A stretch of DNA of 61,044 nucleotides, filler included, from Basidiobolus ranarum (taxonomy: Eukaryota), in assembly GCA_040143965.1 (NCBI GenBank). It is 4 parts of 4 records of this genome, joined end to end, with 100 filler letters (N's around TTAATTAATTAA, not from the genome) between each part and the next. Parts side by side here need not be neighbours in the genome. Positions count along the whole stretch, not along the records: positions 30,621 to 45,787 come from JASJQH010000390.1; positions 45,888 to 61,044 come from JASJQH010000391.1; 2 more parts are not named here. One strand, given 5' to 3'. Below, piece by piece: positions 38,649 through 49,329 of this stretch (position 1 is the first letter of the stretch; each line of letters opens with the position of its first letter). The notes under the pieces are model-generated. The model worked only from the letters and a program-made list of their open reading frames with translations. It was not told where the DNA came from and made no database searches. The position numbers were made by a program, and so were the translations under genes.

Positions 38649-40004
38649 TTACTTCTGCTTGGTGGAAGCAACCATAGCAATTAGAGCAGCACCAACGCAG
38701 CCTCCATCTCGGGCCAATTCAAGCTTGATACGATCACTGCGCTCTTTACCAAGGGATATTTCCATAGCTCTACGAATACGGTGGGAGAAATATGGGTAAA
38801 ATTCGTACACAGATCCGTCAATACCAACAGTAGTGGCTTCTTTGTCGAGATCGATTGTAGAACCGTTAGCTTGTAAAAGAAGAGCACCAATGGCGGCACC
38901 AATAATGCTGGCAGAACGACTGGCAACAAGCTTACAGATTTTATGGATAGCTTTACGTTCCTCGACCGAAACTGGCTCAACAGTGGGGAAATGTTTTTCA
39001 AAAATGGCACTTACTCCCTCTAAGGATTCACTCTGGTCGGCCTCAATGGTAGACATAAACAATGTCTTGAATTCGTAAGGCTTTTCCAAGTTTTCGGGCA
39101 TTTTACCACCAAACAAGGCCCCTTCATTGATACAATCAACCAAGATACGACGGGTAATTTCGCCCATGTACATACCAGAAGTCATTTTCTCCAGTCTTTG
39201 GAAACCGGGGATAGTGGTGACAGCGTCGAGTTCCCTATCATATTTAGTGAAAGGAAGTCTCTTGCCAAAAACGGAATACTCGGTATTTAAAATCATTTGA
39301 TCGGCATTAAGCCCAGGGTATTTTGCTAGTTTAGCACCGGATTCAACATAGGCAGCGTTAGTACCAGTGGCCAAAATCAATCCGACTCTGGTGGAGGGGG
39401 AAACATACGCACTGGAAACCAAAGTTCCAACGGTGTCGTTGATGATAGCGGCAATATCAATATTAAGGTTCTTGCGCTTGAAACCATCCTCAAGCATGTC
39501 TTTAAGGTCATTACCGATAACTCCTTCAAGATCAAAACCCTTTCCCATCTTCATAACGATTCCATGATTAATAGCGGTTTGGTTTAGAGCAAAGGAGAAG
39601 GTAACGCCCATATGCATATTGGCAGCCCCGGTACTGATGGTAGTATCTTCAAGAAGTTCGGCAGTACAATCAGCAATCCAATCGAAGAGTTTATTGGCAG
39701 TACCTACACGGATACTGTCGGGAATAGAATACTTGCGCATGTTAACGCCAACTTCACCATCACCAAGAAGAGTGACGGCAGCGGTACGAAGGTTGGTACC
39801 TCCCAAGTCAATTGCGAGATAAGTTCCAACCTCCTTACCAGTAGGGAGAGCAGTAACGTAAGAGGGAATTTGGCCAATGTAGCCAGGCTCTTCATTGGTT
39901 AGACCATCCTCAAGATCCTCAATTATATCTTGGGTGACATCTCTGATTTTCTCTTCAGACAGAGTGAAGTCGGATTCAATTTGGTTCAAGATGGAAACGG
40001 TCAT
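38649..40004 (-). CDS. Hexokinase-family sugar kinase (NAG5/HxkC-like variant), intronless
   Basis: Motifs LAIDLGGTNLR, GVTFSF, INDTVGT, TGTNAAY, EKMTSGMYMGE, IDGSVYE and DGGCVGAA. Confidence 0.93.
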   Translation of the reverse strand: MTVSILNQIESDFTLSEEKIRDVTQDIIEDLEDGLTNEEPGYIGQIPSYVTALPTGKEVGTYLAIDLGGTNLRTAAVTLLGDGEVGVNMRKYSIPDSIRVGTANKLFDWIADCTAELLEDTTISTGAANMHMGVTFSFALNQTAINHGIVMKMGKGFDLEGVIGNDLKDMLEDGFKRKNLNIDIAAIINDTVGTLVSSAYVSPSTRVGLILATGTNAAYVESGAKLAKYPGLNADQMILNTEYSVFGKRLPFTKYDRELDAVTTIPGFQRLEKMTSGMYMGEITRRILVDCINEGALFGGKMPENLEKPYEFKTLFMSTIEADQSESLEGVSAIFEKHFPTVEPVSVEERKAIHKICKLVASRSASIIGAAIGALLLQANGSTIDLDKEATTVGIDGSVYEFYPYFSHRIRRAMEISLGKERSDRIKLELARDGGCVGAALIAMVASTKQK

Positions 40005-43000
40005 TTCGATTAGTGTGTTACTACAGTGAGTGAAGCAATTGAAGATAATCTGCTTTATAGTCTTGAGCTGGGTATAAATAGAGATTTTTCACGTTCGGGA
40101 GTCGTGTTGTGTCCCAATTTCGGTGGTACAAGAAGTTGACTAATATGGATAAATCAGAATATTTCACCTCGACCTCTCCAAGTAGTATCCAAGTATCCTG
40201 ATGTTGTATCATTGGCCCTTTCATTATTCCACAGAAATCCAACATATTAGCCGTCACTGCCGACTCTTTGTAGGTTGATAAAGCCTACCTATTTTGTACG
40301 ATTCCACCAAAGAGTAGCGAGGTGGTTTCGATGGATTGTGTCCTAAAAGCCATAGATTTTTAATTAATCGAAATAACTAGTTAGTTTAGCGTTTCAATAC
40401 TCTATGATATCTCCAGACTAGAGACTGGTTCTAAATATGTACTCTCGTATTCCAAATATGCTTGTTTTCTCGCTAGCGTGAATGTTTTTCCTTATTTCGT
40501 CGTGACGATTGCTCTTAAGTCTACATCTGCAAGGGCAAGGATCTTGCTGCGAGTGGTTCAGCTACAGCTTTCATTTGAATGCGACAAAACTACTATTTTC
40601 GTGTATAAGATGTACAAGCAGTACAGCTGTGAGGTATAGCGAAAGTGAGGGGTATTGTTGATCTTTCGTAGTGCCGCCCAAGACAAAGTTTTGTGAAGTT
40701 GCGTGTTAGAGACCGAGGATCACTAGCGAGTTAGATTGACACGTATCCGCTCTGTGCTTTTCTCGTCACGAAATGTAAGAGATTTGAATGGCCAAGTGCA
40801 CCGCGACGCACTGCCAAAAATTGTTGCGAGTAAGGTCTCAGACACTAGAGGCTGTAACGAGTTATTTGGGACATATTATTCCATCTTCAAGTAACCATTA
40901 GAAATCAAGGTTTACGAAACCCCGATCCTATACAATTTTGTATTAGTTTATGATTTCAGCCTATTGTATTCAGAAGAATTTCCTGGCAACTCCGAATGGT
41001 GTTGATAACGAAATGGTTAAGGCGCACGCCAGGTTTCTCACGAAATATCGTCGGATCTGGAATTTTACTACCATATATGGTATGAGTCTATGGAGTTCCA
41101 TGATGGCCCAAATAATAACTTAACCAAGTAATCTGCTCCAGATACTTTGACCGAATCCAAGATATAATCCAAGGAACAATGAATTGGAGGGAGAAGCGTT
41201 GCAAAAGCATCGCCCTATACTCCGTGGCGAGAATAACCACCAGAAAATCTTCAAGCGTGTTATCCCACTAGTGGTCAGATCGTCATAGTGCTATTTCTGC
41301 ATTCTATTATTCTGGGAGTCTTTACTGCTCATTATTGTAGAACGAATACAAATTTGAGCGTACCTGTGGTTCGTCCTTGATCGCTTGAGATTGGATGAAA
41401 ATGGGTATTCGCAACATGGATACTGTCGGATACAATATTCCCCTCTCTTTTACCTGTTATATGATGAGGCAAGCCAAAATCGACGCTTGAATGGAGAAAC
41501 CTACCCATCTAATCTATGTATATAGATTGGATTCGGTATTCATTAATCCCACCAAATGAATAGCCAGTCGGTTGTGGAGGAACTAATTGGATCCCACCCA
41601 TGACAACTCAATCCAGAGCATGTTAAACAAGTCGTGCCTGGGTGGCAGTAAAAACCCCATGTAACATGACATACAGTCGAGTTTGAGTCTGTTCGGAATT
41701 ATTGAACTTTAGCATTAAGAGGCTCCTCTAATTGCTCCTCTTTCATTGAAGGAACTGGTTCATCTTTTAATGAGGGGAGATAAGCATGGTGTATACAACC
41801 AGCATACCCATTGCTATTGTTTCTAAAAATGGATCCTGTTACTAAACAGCCGAATAGATAAGAGTTTCTAAAATCTAATCTGGTTTTTTCGCATGCATTT
41901 CTTCATACGGCAGGTGACACCGTGCCAATATGACCATACTTCGGGATATATACTTTTGTAAGTAGTTCTTGGCCACCAGATCATCGCCCAGATTCTGGTT
42001 AGTATTAATAACATATCCAACGTAATGAATCAAAAATTCATCCAAGAATCTTACGTTATTAACATATAAATAGAGAGATGTGTGGCTTGGATAATGTTTA
42101 TCCTCAGCAACCTGGTCTTTTGGTGCGTAACCTGTAACAATCAACTCAACCAGTCATGATTTATATCGTGGGCTTATCTTTCCTTAATCACTCAGTATAG
42201 CTTTCATATCATATGTTGCTACCCCAATCAGTACCTTAGATATGTAGTCTGAATCGGTAAACTCCGGTCTACAAGAGCCGCAAGTAGCTAGCAGAGTTTG
42301 CTTAGGCAGTGTTGCATAGTATCCGATATAATTAACCGCAGGGGTCACTTGAGTATGATATTCCCCTTGGCTCAATGATGGGCCACGAGAGTTGTAACAT
42401 TTCTATTCAGCCTATACTCAGCGCTACGTTTATGTTTCTGACCAAATGGTTACTTCTATTTGATTTTAGCTATTCTTTCCGTGGTAGTACTTGTGTTCTC
42501 TTTTTGAGTTCGTTTTGGCAAAGATCTTGGGATACCAATCTCCTGTGGCTGATAGAGTTCCTGTTTTACTCTGGTTTGTTGGTGTTCAGTAGGGTACACA
42601 TGTTTCAATGAAACTGATTTTTGAAGAGCCCAGGTAATCTCTATACTTGATTGATAATAGTGGAGCCGGAATTGTGCTTTGAATTTAGGAAAGGGTTGCA
42701 AATTTTGCCTAGTCACTCTCACTCTTCTACCGTGTTCTCAACATAAGAAAATTGTTAGATATGAGCGCGCTTTAATGACTATGTGACCCACAGTATTAAA
42801 CAGCGCCTGAATGAAATACAATGGTGCACAATTAGCCAATCAACCGATTCGGGTATATAGAATCCACGAAGGATACCTTTGCCGGGTCAGAATAGATAGC
42901 AGGAATATAGACCTAGCCTGTCAGATCGGGAGTGATCGAACCTCGGCTCATTATATTGACACTGGCTAAAGTTGAGTAGGCATAAGTGACAGATAGTAAA

Positions 43001-43399
43001 GAATTAACCCATATTTAGGCTATGCCATCCAATACCAAACAAACTGCACTTGATGACCAAACGGAATCAACTGTTTACTGTAAAAGTTGGAATAATTGGC
43101 AAATAAGCCAACACAGGTTGATTGCTTCAAATCTCTGGGATGCGGTGTTGGAATATAATAAGCCAATCCTATTTCTTGTGTGTATTTACAAGAGGAAATC
43201 ACGCATATCTTCTGTGTTTACTGCGAATACCGAAAAAGGGGATAATTGCCGGGCTTACCAATCTCTAGACGATCCTCCCATATCCTGAAATAAGCAGTAT
43301 GCACTAACAAAATACTGTGAAGACAAAATGGCATCGCCAGTCACAGCATCTAAAGGCTATGAGTCATTGCATATCTATATATTAGGTTAAACTTTACAT

Positions 43400-44300
43400 A
43401 AAAGGGTATAAATGTTGAAGTTATGCACTTAAATATTTATGATTACATTTGGTTTTGGTTTGCAGAATATGTACGAGTGAACATCAGCACTTTATAGATC
43501 TTGTTTAGCATACTAAATGTTTCTTTGTATATTATTTCCAAGTTAGTTGAAATTTGTTAATCAAATAATACACTGCTCAACATTGGTACATATATGGAAT
43601 CATCGGCCGTGTTGATCTCTAAATTTCGAAGTTATCTAAATTAGACCCATAGTTCAATATTTTACTCCCTTGGATAGCCAACTTGATAATCACAATAATT
43701 ATCAACATCATCATCAAATTTCTCAATATTATATTTGTGACCGTCAAATGGGGATAAATGCAAGCTATACACGATGGTTTTGACTTATGGAATATCCCTT
43801 GAACAAGTATTTGGTTTGCTAAGCATTATGTATAAATATTGAGCCTAGCTGCAATGTTCCAGCATCAATTTTGTTATTTTCATAACTAAAGGCAACGACA
43901 CTGAGTAATCTAAGAAATATCAAGGTGTATGCTATGCTTATGATTAAAAAGTACTTTACATGAGCTACAAAAACAATTGAAATCTACCTTTACATAGTAT
44001 GCAAATATTTTTCGCCAGTTCTCTCCCCTACACCTCATTATTTACCTTTAAATTCTATTAGCCCTTGACCTTTAGCACTATCTATCAATATCGCTGGTTG
44101 CCAGTTGATTTTCAGAATAGTATGATGAATCATTTGAGTTATTATACACTGTTCACTTCGAATTGGAGTTGCGATCCGAAGTAACAACATCACTAGCATA
44201 AGGATTAAAAACCGGTGATACATTTGTTTGCTTCTGATGTTGATACACAACATAGATTTCAGAAATAGTGCAAGAGAGTTGTTGGAGTAAAGTGCATATA
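43400..44300 (-). mobile_element. Highly decayed LINE-like reverse-transcriptase remnant
   Basis: AT-rich and stop-riddled. Minus-strand fragments resemble GxPQG, KF(A)DD, IN and KDL in RT order. Boundaries approximate. Confidence 0.25.
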
Positions 44301-44373
44301 ATAATTTGACCAAATATTGTAGCTCTACATATAGTGTACCCAGATATATAAGATTTTGACTAAGCCATTACTC

Positions 44374-44991
44374 TATTGAAGTATTTGGGAGTTGTTGGAA
44401 GTGACGTAGAGAACTAGAAGAGTTGGTGGTTTTCACTTACTGCTTTATTGAGTACAAGTTGACATTTATACTTTGGTCAAGAAGTAGATAAACTATTGTG
44501 TAGAATACAAAGTTTGAGAAGATTATATAATCTTCAAACCTCCAAGTTGGTAAAAATATTCCAGGTAAATTCCAAGTAAGGATATTGAATAATTGTTAAA
44601 GTATTTGGGAGCCTGTTGGAAGTGGTTTGGAGAATAAGAGGAATTGGCGGTTTTCACTTATTGATTTATTGAGTAGAAAGTTTACATTTATAGTCTTGTC
44701 AAGATGTAAGCAAGCTAGCTTGTAGAATGTATTAAGAAAGGTACAGGAACATGTGTGCAAAGTTTGGGGCTTCTAGCATAAGTTTGAAAAATCTATATAT
44801 CTGAGACCTTCTAAGTAAATTCCTTAGGAGAATAATGGATAATATCTTAGTGAATTATAGGATAACTAAGTACTAAGCTTTATATGACTATATAGGTGTT
44901 TAGGCAAAGCTAATTTCAACAATAATAACAGTGAAATTTAGGTAGCTAGCTATATTACTATATAGATGTTTAAGCAATGTCATTTTCAACA
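44374..44991 (-). mobile_element. Older LTR-family copy (TSD TACTC) interrupted by a younger copy
   Basis: TACTC|TATTGAAGTATTTGGGAG ... CATTTTCAACA|TACTC. Confidence 0.85.
44594..44921 (-). mobile_element. Nested solo LTR with perfect TSD ATAAT
   Basis: ATAAT|TGTTAAAGTATTTGGGAG...AATTTCAACA|ATAAT. Confidence 0.92.
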
Positions 44992-45168
44992 TACTCAATG
45001 AGTGAAAGAGTACAAATGTACATTTAACTAATAGAGAGAGCTCTTGAGATGCTATAAATGCTTCACAGTTTTTTGAGTGACCTGACATATTTAACTTGCA
45101 TCAGTGTTAACCTGCTTTAAAGGAAAGTATCAATTCTATAGAAATTAGCAATGCCTAAACATCTATAT

Positions 45169-45516
45169 TGTTGAAATTAACATTGCCTAAACACCTATAT
45201 AGTCATATATAGCTTAGTACTTAGTTATCTTATAACTGACTAAGATATTATCAATTATTCTCAATTGGAATTTACTTAGAATATTTTTACCAACTTAGAA
45301 GTTCTCAGATATATAGATTTTTGAAACTTATACTATAAGCCCGGAACTTTGCACACATGTTTCTGGGACTTTCCTTAACACATTCTACATGCTAGCTTGT
45401 TTACATCTTGACAAAGCTATAAATGTCAACTTTCTACTCAATAAATCAATAGGTGAAAGCCACCAATTCCTTTAATTCTGCAAACCACTTCCAACAGGCT
45501 CCCAAATACTTTAATA
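45169..45516 (+). mobile_element. Solo LTR nested in another family copy (host ~45141-45579, probably resuming at ~45900-45959)
   Basis: TATAT|TGTTGAAATT...TACTTTAATA|CATAT, a 4/5 TSD match. Host sequence GCCTAAACATCTATAT...AGTCATATATAGCTTAG continues on both sides. Confidence 0.85.
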
Positions 45517-45579
45517 CATATAGTCATATATAGCTTAGTATTTAGTTATCTTATTTTGAACTAATTTATTACCTGTTAT

Positions 45580-45787
45580 TGTTGGAGGATCTTGACATAA
45601 TGGGGGTAGACTTAGAGTATTAGAAGCAACTTATGATAGTGTGTTTTAGTTAGTTTATTCTCAAGAGTATATGGTCACTTATATAGTAGAAAAGTAAATC
45701 AATTGTTTGAGATATTCAGGAGTTTGTGTAATAAGATATAATAGATAAGTGGGGGTAATAAGACATACTTGTTATATAGATATAGAG
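45580..45787. mobile_element. Possible end of a second, unrelated LTR inserted in the nest; truncated by the gap
   Basis: Abrupt TGTTGGAGG start interrupts the host element; the sequence does not resemble the main family. Confidence 0.4.
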
Positions 45788-45887
45788 NNNNNNNNNNNNN
45801 NNNNNNNNNNNNNNNNNNNNNNNNNNNNNNNTTAATTAATTAANNNNNNNNNNNNNNNNNNNNNNNNNNNNNNNNNNNNNNNNNNNN
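45788..45887. other. Assembly gap with artificial linker
   Basis: N-run with TTAATTAATTAA. Confidence 0.97.
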
Positions 45888-46857
45888 GTGCTTATCATCC
45901 CCCAACCAATTTCTCTAATTCTCCAAACCACTTCCAACCGGCTCACAAATACTTTAACACCCTAAACTTGCTTCCTTTATTCAACAAGCTAAGAAGCCCA
46001 CCCTTGCCTACCAGGAATATTTGGTTCACCTTTGGCAGCAATATCTTTGGAAACACACTTTATGCTTCATGTCAATCCTGGTCTCTTTCCATTAGCTTCT
46101 ATTGCTGATAAACTACTTTTACCTTTGTTACTCACTCCCACTCCACTTAACAGTGTCTCAGACTCTACCAGCTTGATGTTTCCACTTTGCAATATTCATA
46201 GCAATACTCCAGATCTTTATACTTTAATTAAGAAACTACAAACGTAGTTATGGGTTCTTTGTTTTGTTTGAAATAAAGATTTCACCTGTTGGTGACTGTC
46301 TCTCCCCTAACCATAAGAGTTTTATCAGTAAAGGCTTCAGCGAAACAATTCATGGACTTTCGCAACTATCTGACACTGAGTTGCTTGATCCCTACCTATT
46401 TTAATGTCATCAACTACACTTAGGCGCACTCAATGAGAATGTTTTTTCTTGGTTATCAGAACATATATATAGTAAGGTATATAACATACTCCTCTTTTTT
46501 TCTTGATCATATGTACAAAAACATGGATAAATAGTGATAATGGCTAAAATCTTTTGAACCCGTGTTTGGCTAAATAATAATTTAATCTATATTCTGAATA
46601 GGAAATGCTAACAAGCAAGATTCGGAAAGGTATTCAATACAGTACTGTACATTAGACACATCAAACCAAGGGAAATTTCAGTGTACCATGCTTCGTAACC
46701 ATAACTTTTGTATTTTACTTCGGGATCCAAAAGTTTATTGAATGAACTAGATTCATTGAGCCACTTTCAAATGAGTGCTTCAGTATATATAGAACTCTTT
46801 AGCTCATATTTCAAAGTATCCAACCTTAGCTACCTCGATATCCACCAATCTTCTACT

Positions 46858-47301
46858 ATGCAATTATTTATCACGCTACTAGCTTCTTGTGGTATTCTCT
46901 TGCAAGTTACATCGGGTGTTCCGGCCGGCTATTATCCCTACCAGTATCACCCACAAGTGTATAGCCGATATGTAGGTAGTCCATGTATTCAACCAGGATA
47001 TCTTTGTGGCCAAGGGATTCAGACAAGAGTAGCACCAGTAGCTAGTGTCCCAATACTGAAACAGAAATTTGTCACTATTACCCGTAAGCATGATAACCTC
47101 AATACTGCTAAAGCTAGCAACAGGAAATCAGCTAGGGTCAAGTATCAGGATGGACCCAGTGCTGAAATTGAAGGTGAGCAAACGGTGTCAGTTTATGCCA
47201 AGAAGCGTGGTGGTGAGCACTCATTCAACCCCATATTCGGTCACGAGCAGTTTGGCCAGGTGTTGCCTTACACTCAAACTGAACCGATACAATCAGAGTA
47301 G
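46858..47301 (+). CDS. Small secreted protein (147 aa) with Tyr/Pro-rich N-terminus
   Basis: Signal-peptide-like MQLFITLLASCGILLQVTSGVP, TATATA about 70 nt upstream and AATAAA downstream. Confidence 0.6.
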   Translation: MQLFITLLASCGILLQVTSGVPAGYYPYQYHPQVYSRYVGSPCIQPGYLCGQGIQTRVAPVASVPILKQKFVTITRKHDNLNTAKASNRKSARVKYQDGPSAEIEGEQTVSVYAKKRGGEHSFNPIFGHEQFGQVLPYTQTEPIQSE

Positions 47302-48483
47302 TAAAACCCTTCCATTGAGCAATAGTTGAAAGGAAGCAGCAATGTTTCTGAGATGGATTGAAAATAAACTTCAGTATTCGATCAACCTTTAATGCTTACA
47401 GCGTATCTGAAAATAGCATAATTTGTGGTATTTGGGCAATATTCTTTAAGTATCACTCTTACTGGATCAGCACTCTAACGCCGTGTTGATTCCAGCAAAG
47501 GCAGGGAACTAAACTGAAGTTTGGATATCAACATTGAAGCAAAGCTGATTTCTACGCACATTTAGACAATGTACTTACTCGATCGTCGATTGGAACACAA
47601 AAGTGACGTTGATTCATTATTCTTGATCTTAACCCGGTTGTTGATTCTTGTACTTTTTTTATTTTATCTTATAGGCCTAGTGTATTGCATGCATTAGTAG
47701 TCGGACATATATATAACACTAGAAACATAAACACAATTGTAGATAGTAACGTAAAGAATTATATGTGATATTGGGTTGTTATCCAGCGGTGGTTCTGGAA
47801 GTTAAAACGACATTGAAACGGATCTCTTTGCCTCCATTATAGATTATTTTTCAGAAATATACCCACATAAAGTCTACATCCCTTAGTGTATTTTCCTCCC
47901 CCGAAGATAATATCCTTTGAGTGACCGCTCTCCTCCCTGACCTCAATCTAAACATATTAAGGAACGAAGGGTTAAATCCCAATTCATTAGAAATTATCAA
48001 AAAATATTGTTTGATGTTGATTGGATAGATCACTAAACAATGACTACACTACTTGGTGCTTTCCTTCCCCTGGAAATATAGGGCTAATAGACGTGAAGTA
48101 GAAGCGGACAAGATGACTGGAAGATCGCGGATTTGGTAGAGCTGTCAAGAGAGCGCGACTGTGTGCATACCATGTGACTGCTTTCACATCAGCATTTGCT
48201 TCCATCATGCAGCTCCGATTGGATTAGAAATAAGCGTAGGCTGTAACTATTCCCATAACTTATCAAGAAACAAAAGAACCTTCATGTTACCATGCAGAGA
48301 ATAGGAGGTACCTTGCGCGAGCTTACTCGTCAAGATGGTCGATTCGTCACCTGCAATAGAGCTCCGGTTCGGATCATCTGGAACACGATACCATCTAAAT
48401 TTTAATAGTTTACTTGTCGAATATGTCGGACCTTTCGCATCTCTCTTATTCGTAATGATCCTAAATTCGAGGAAACTATTAGC

Positions 48484-48693
48484 TCACTTAGGACTTATGT
48501 AAATTGGTGTCTGTATATATCCTTTTTGCAAGCCTCTTCTCTTCGCCTTGTAATCGTCATTGCAAGTGCAAAATATTGAATCACTCTGGCAAATTATACA
48601 GACGTCATCGCACTGTGGTTTTCTTTGAGGACAAGTTGACCAAATATTGCATGCCCGGCTGACTCGCTGCCGATTGGGCTTACCTTTATTCAT
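48484..48693 (-). pseudogene. Decayed Zn(II)2Cys6 (Gal4-type) transcription factor remnant
   Basis: RQRVSRACNIWSTCPQRKPQCDDVCIICQSDSIFCTCNDDYKAKRRGLQKGYIQ resembles R-x-R-V-S-R-A-C...K-K-R-G-P-x-K-G-Y-I, but cysteine spacing is disturbed and the frame stops early. Confidence 0.6.
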
Positions 48694-49329
48694 TGGTACT
48701 CTATGGTATTGATATTCGCAGCCTCTAAGGTTCAAACAGCGCTTCAAATGGTTAGACTAAATTTATGACGGCTCAGTCAATGGCAATATGATAGTATATT
48801 CATCACGACGCACAATCACCCTAGTATTATTTTGACAGATTTATCCCAATAACCATTATTTATTTCAACGGATTCACCTGAATCGCCATATTTTTGGGCA
48901 GATTCATCCGAGTTGCCGTGGAGAAAGAGGGTTAGGAAAACAAGCAACTCATATTAAGCACTGCACTTTTGCCCGTGATAGGTCTGAACATTCATGTTCT
49001 TTTAATTGGTTCACTACACCTCATTATAATGGTTCCAGCATAATCCCAGAGCTTTGGTCGACTTGGAATCAATGATCTTTGGATAAATCAGCAGCATTTG
49101 AACTCGGGAATTTCGGGATTCAGCTACTCTAGCTACTCCAATCGAAACAAGGTTCTCCATCAAAAATGGCTAGCCAGTTAGATTATAGTCTTGTTCCTAT
49201 TGCTCTTGTTCTTGGAGATTTTTCGGTTCGGAATGCTACCTCTTCCGCTTTGGGAGCCGCCGTAGAATATAAATCGCTGAATCCTCCTTAGCCATCAACT
49301 AAGCATAATAGAGGCGATCTGGTGAAAAG

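Noticed and set aside
41875-42722. Series of short minus-strand ORFs that might be a decayed gene
   Set aside because: No recognisable motif or consistent splice structure.
42900-42960. GGTTCGATC T-loop-like and GCCTGTCA anticodon-like strings suggesting a tRNA or SINE
   Set aside because: The two strings are on opposite strands, and no cloverleaf or acceptor stem could be built.
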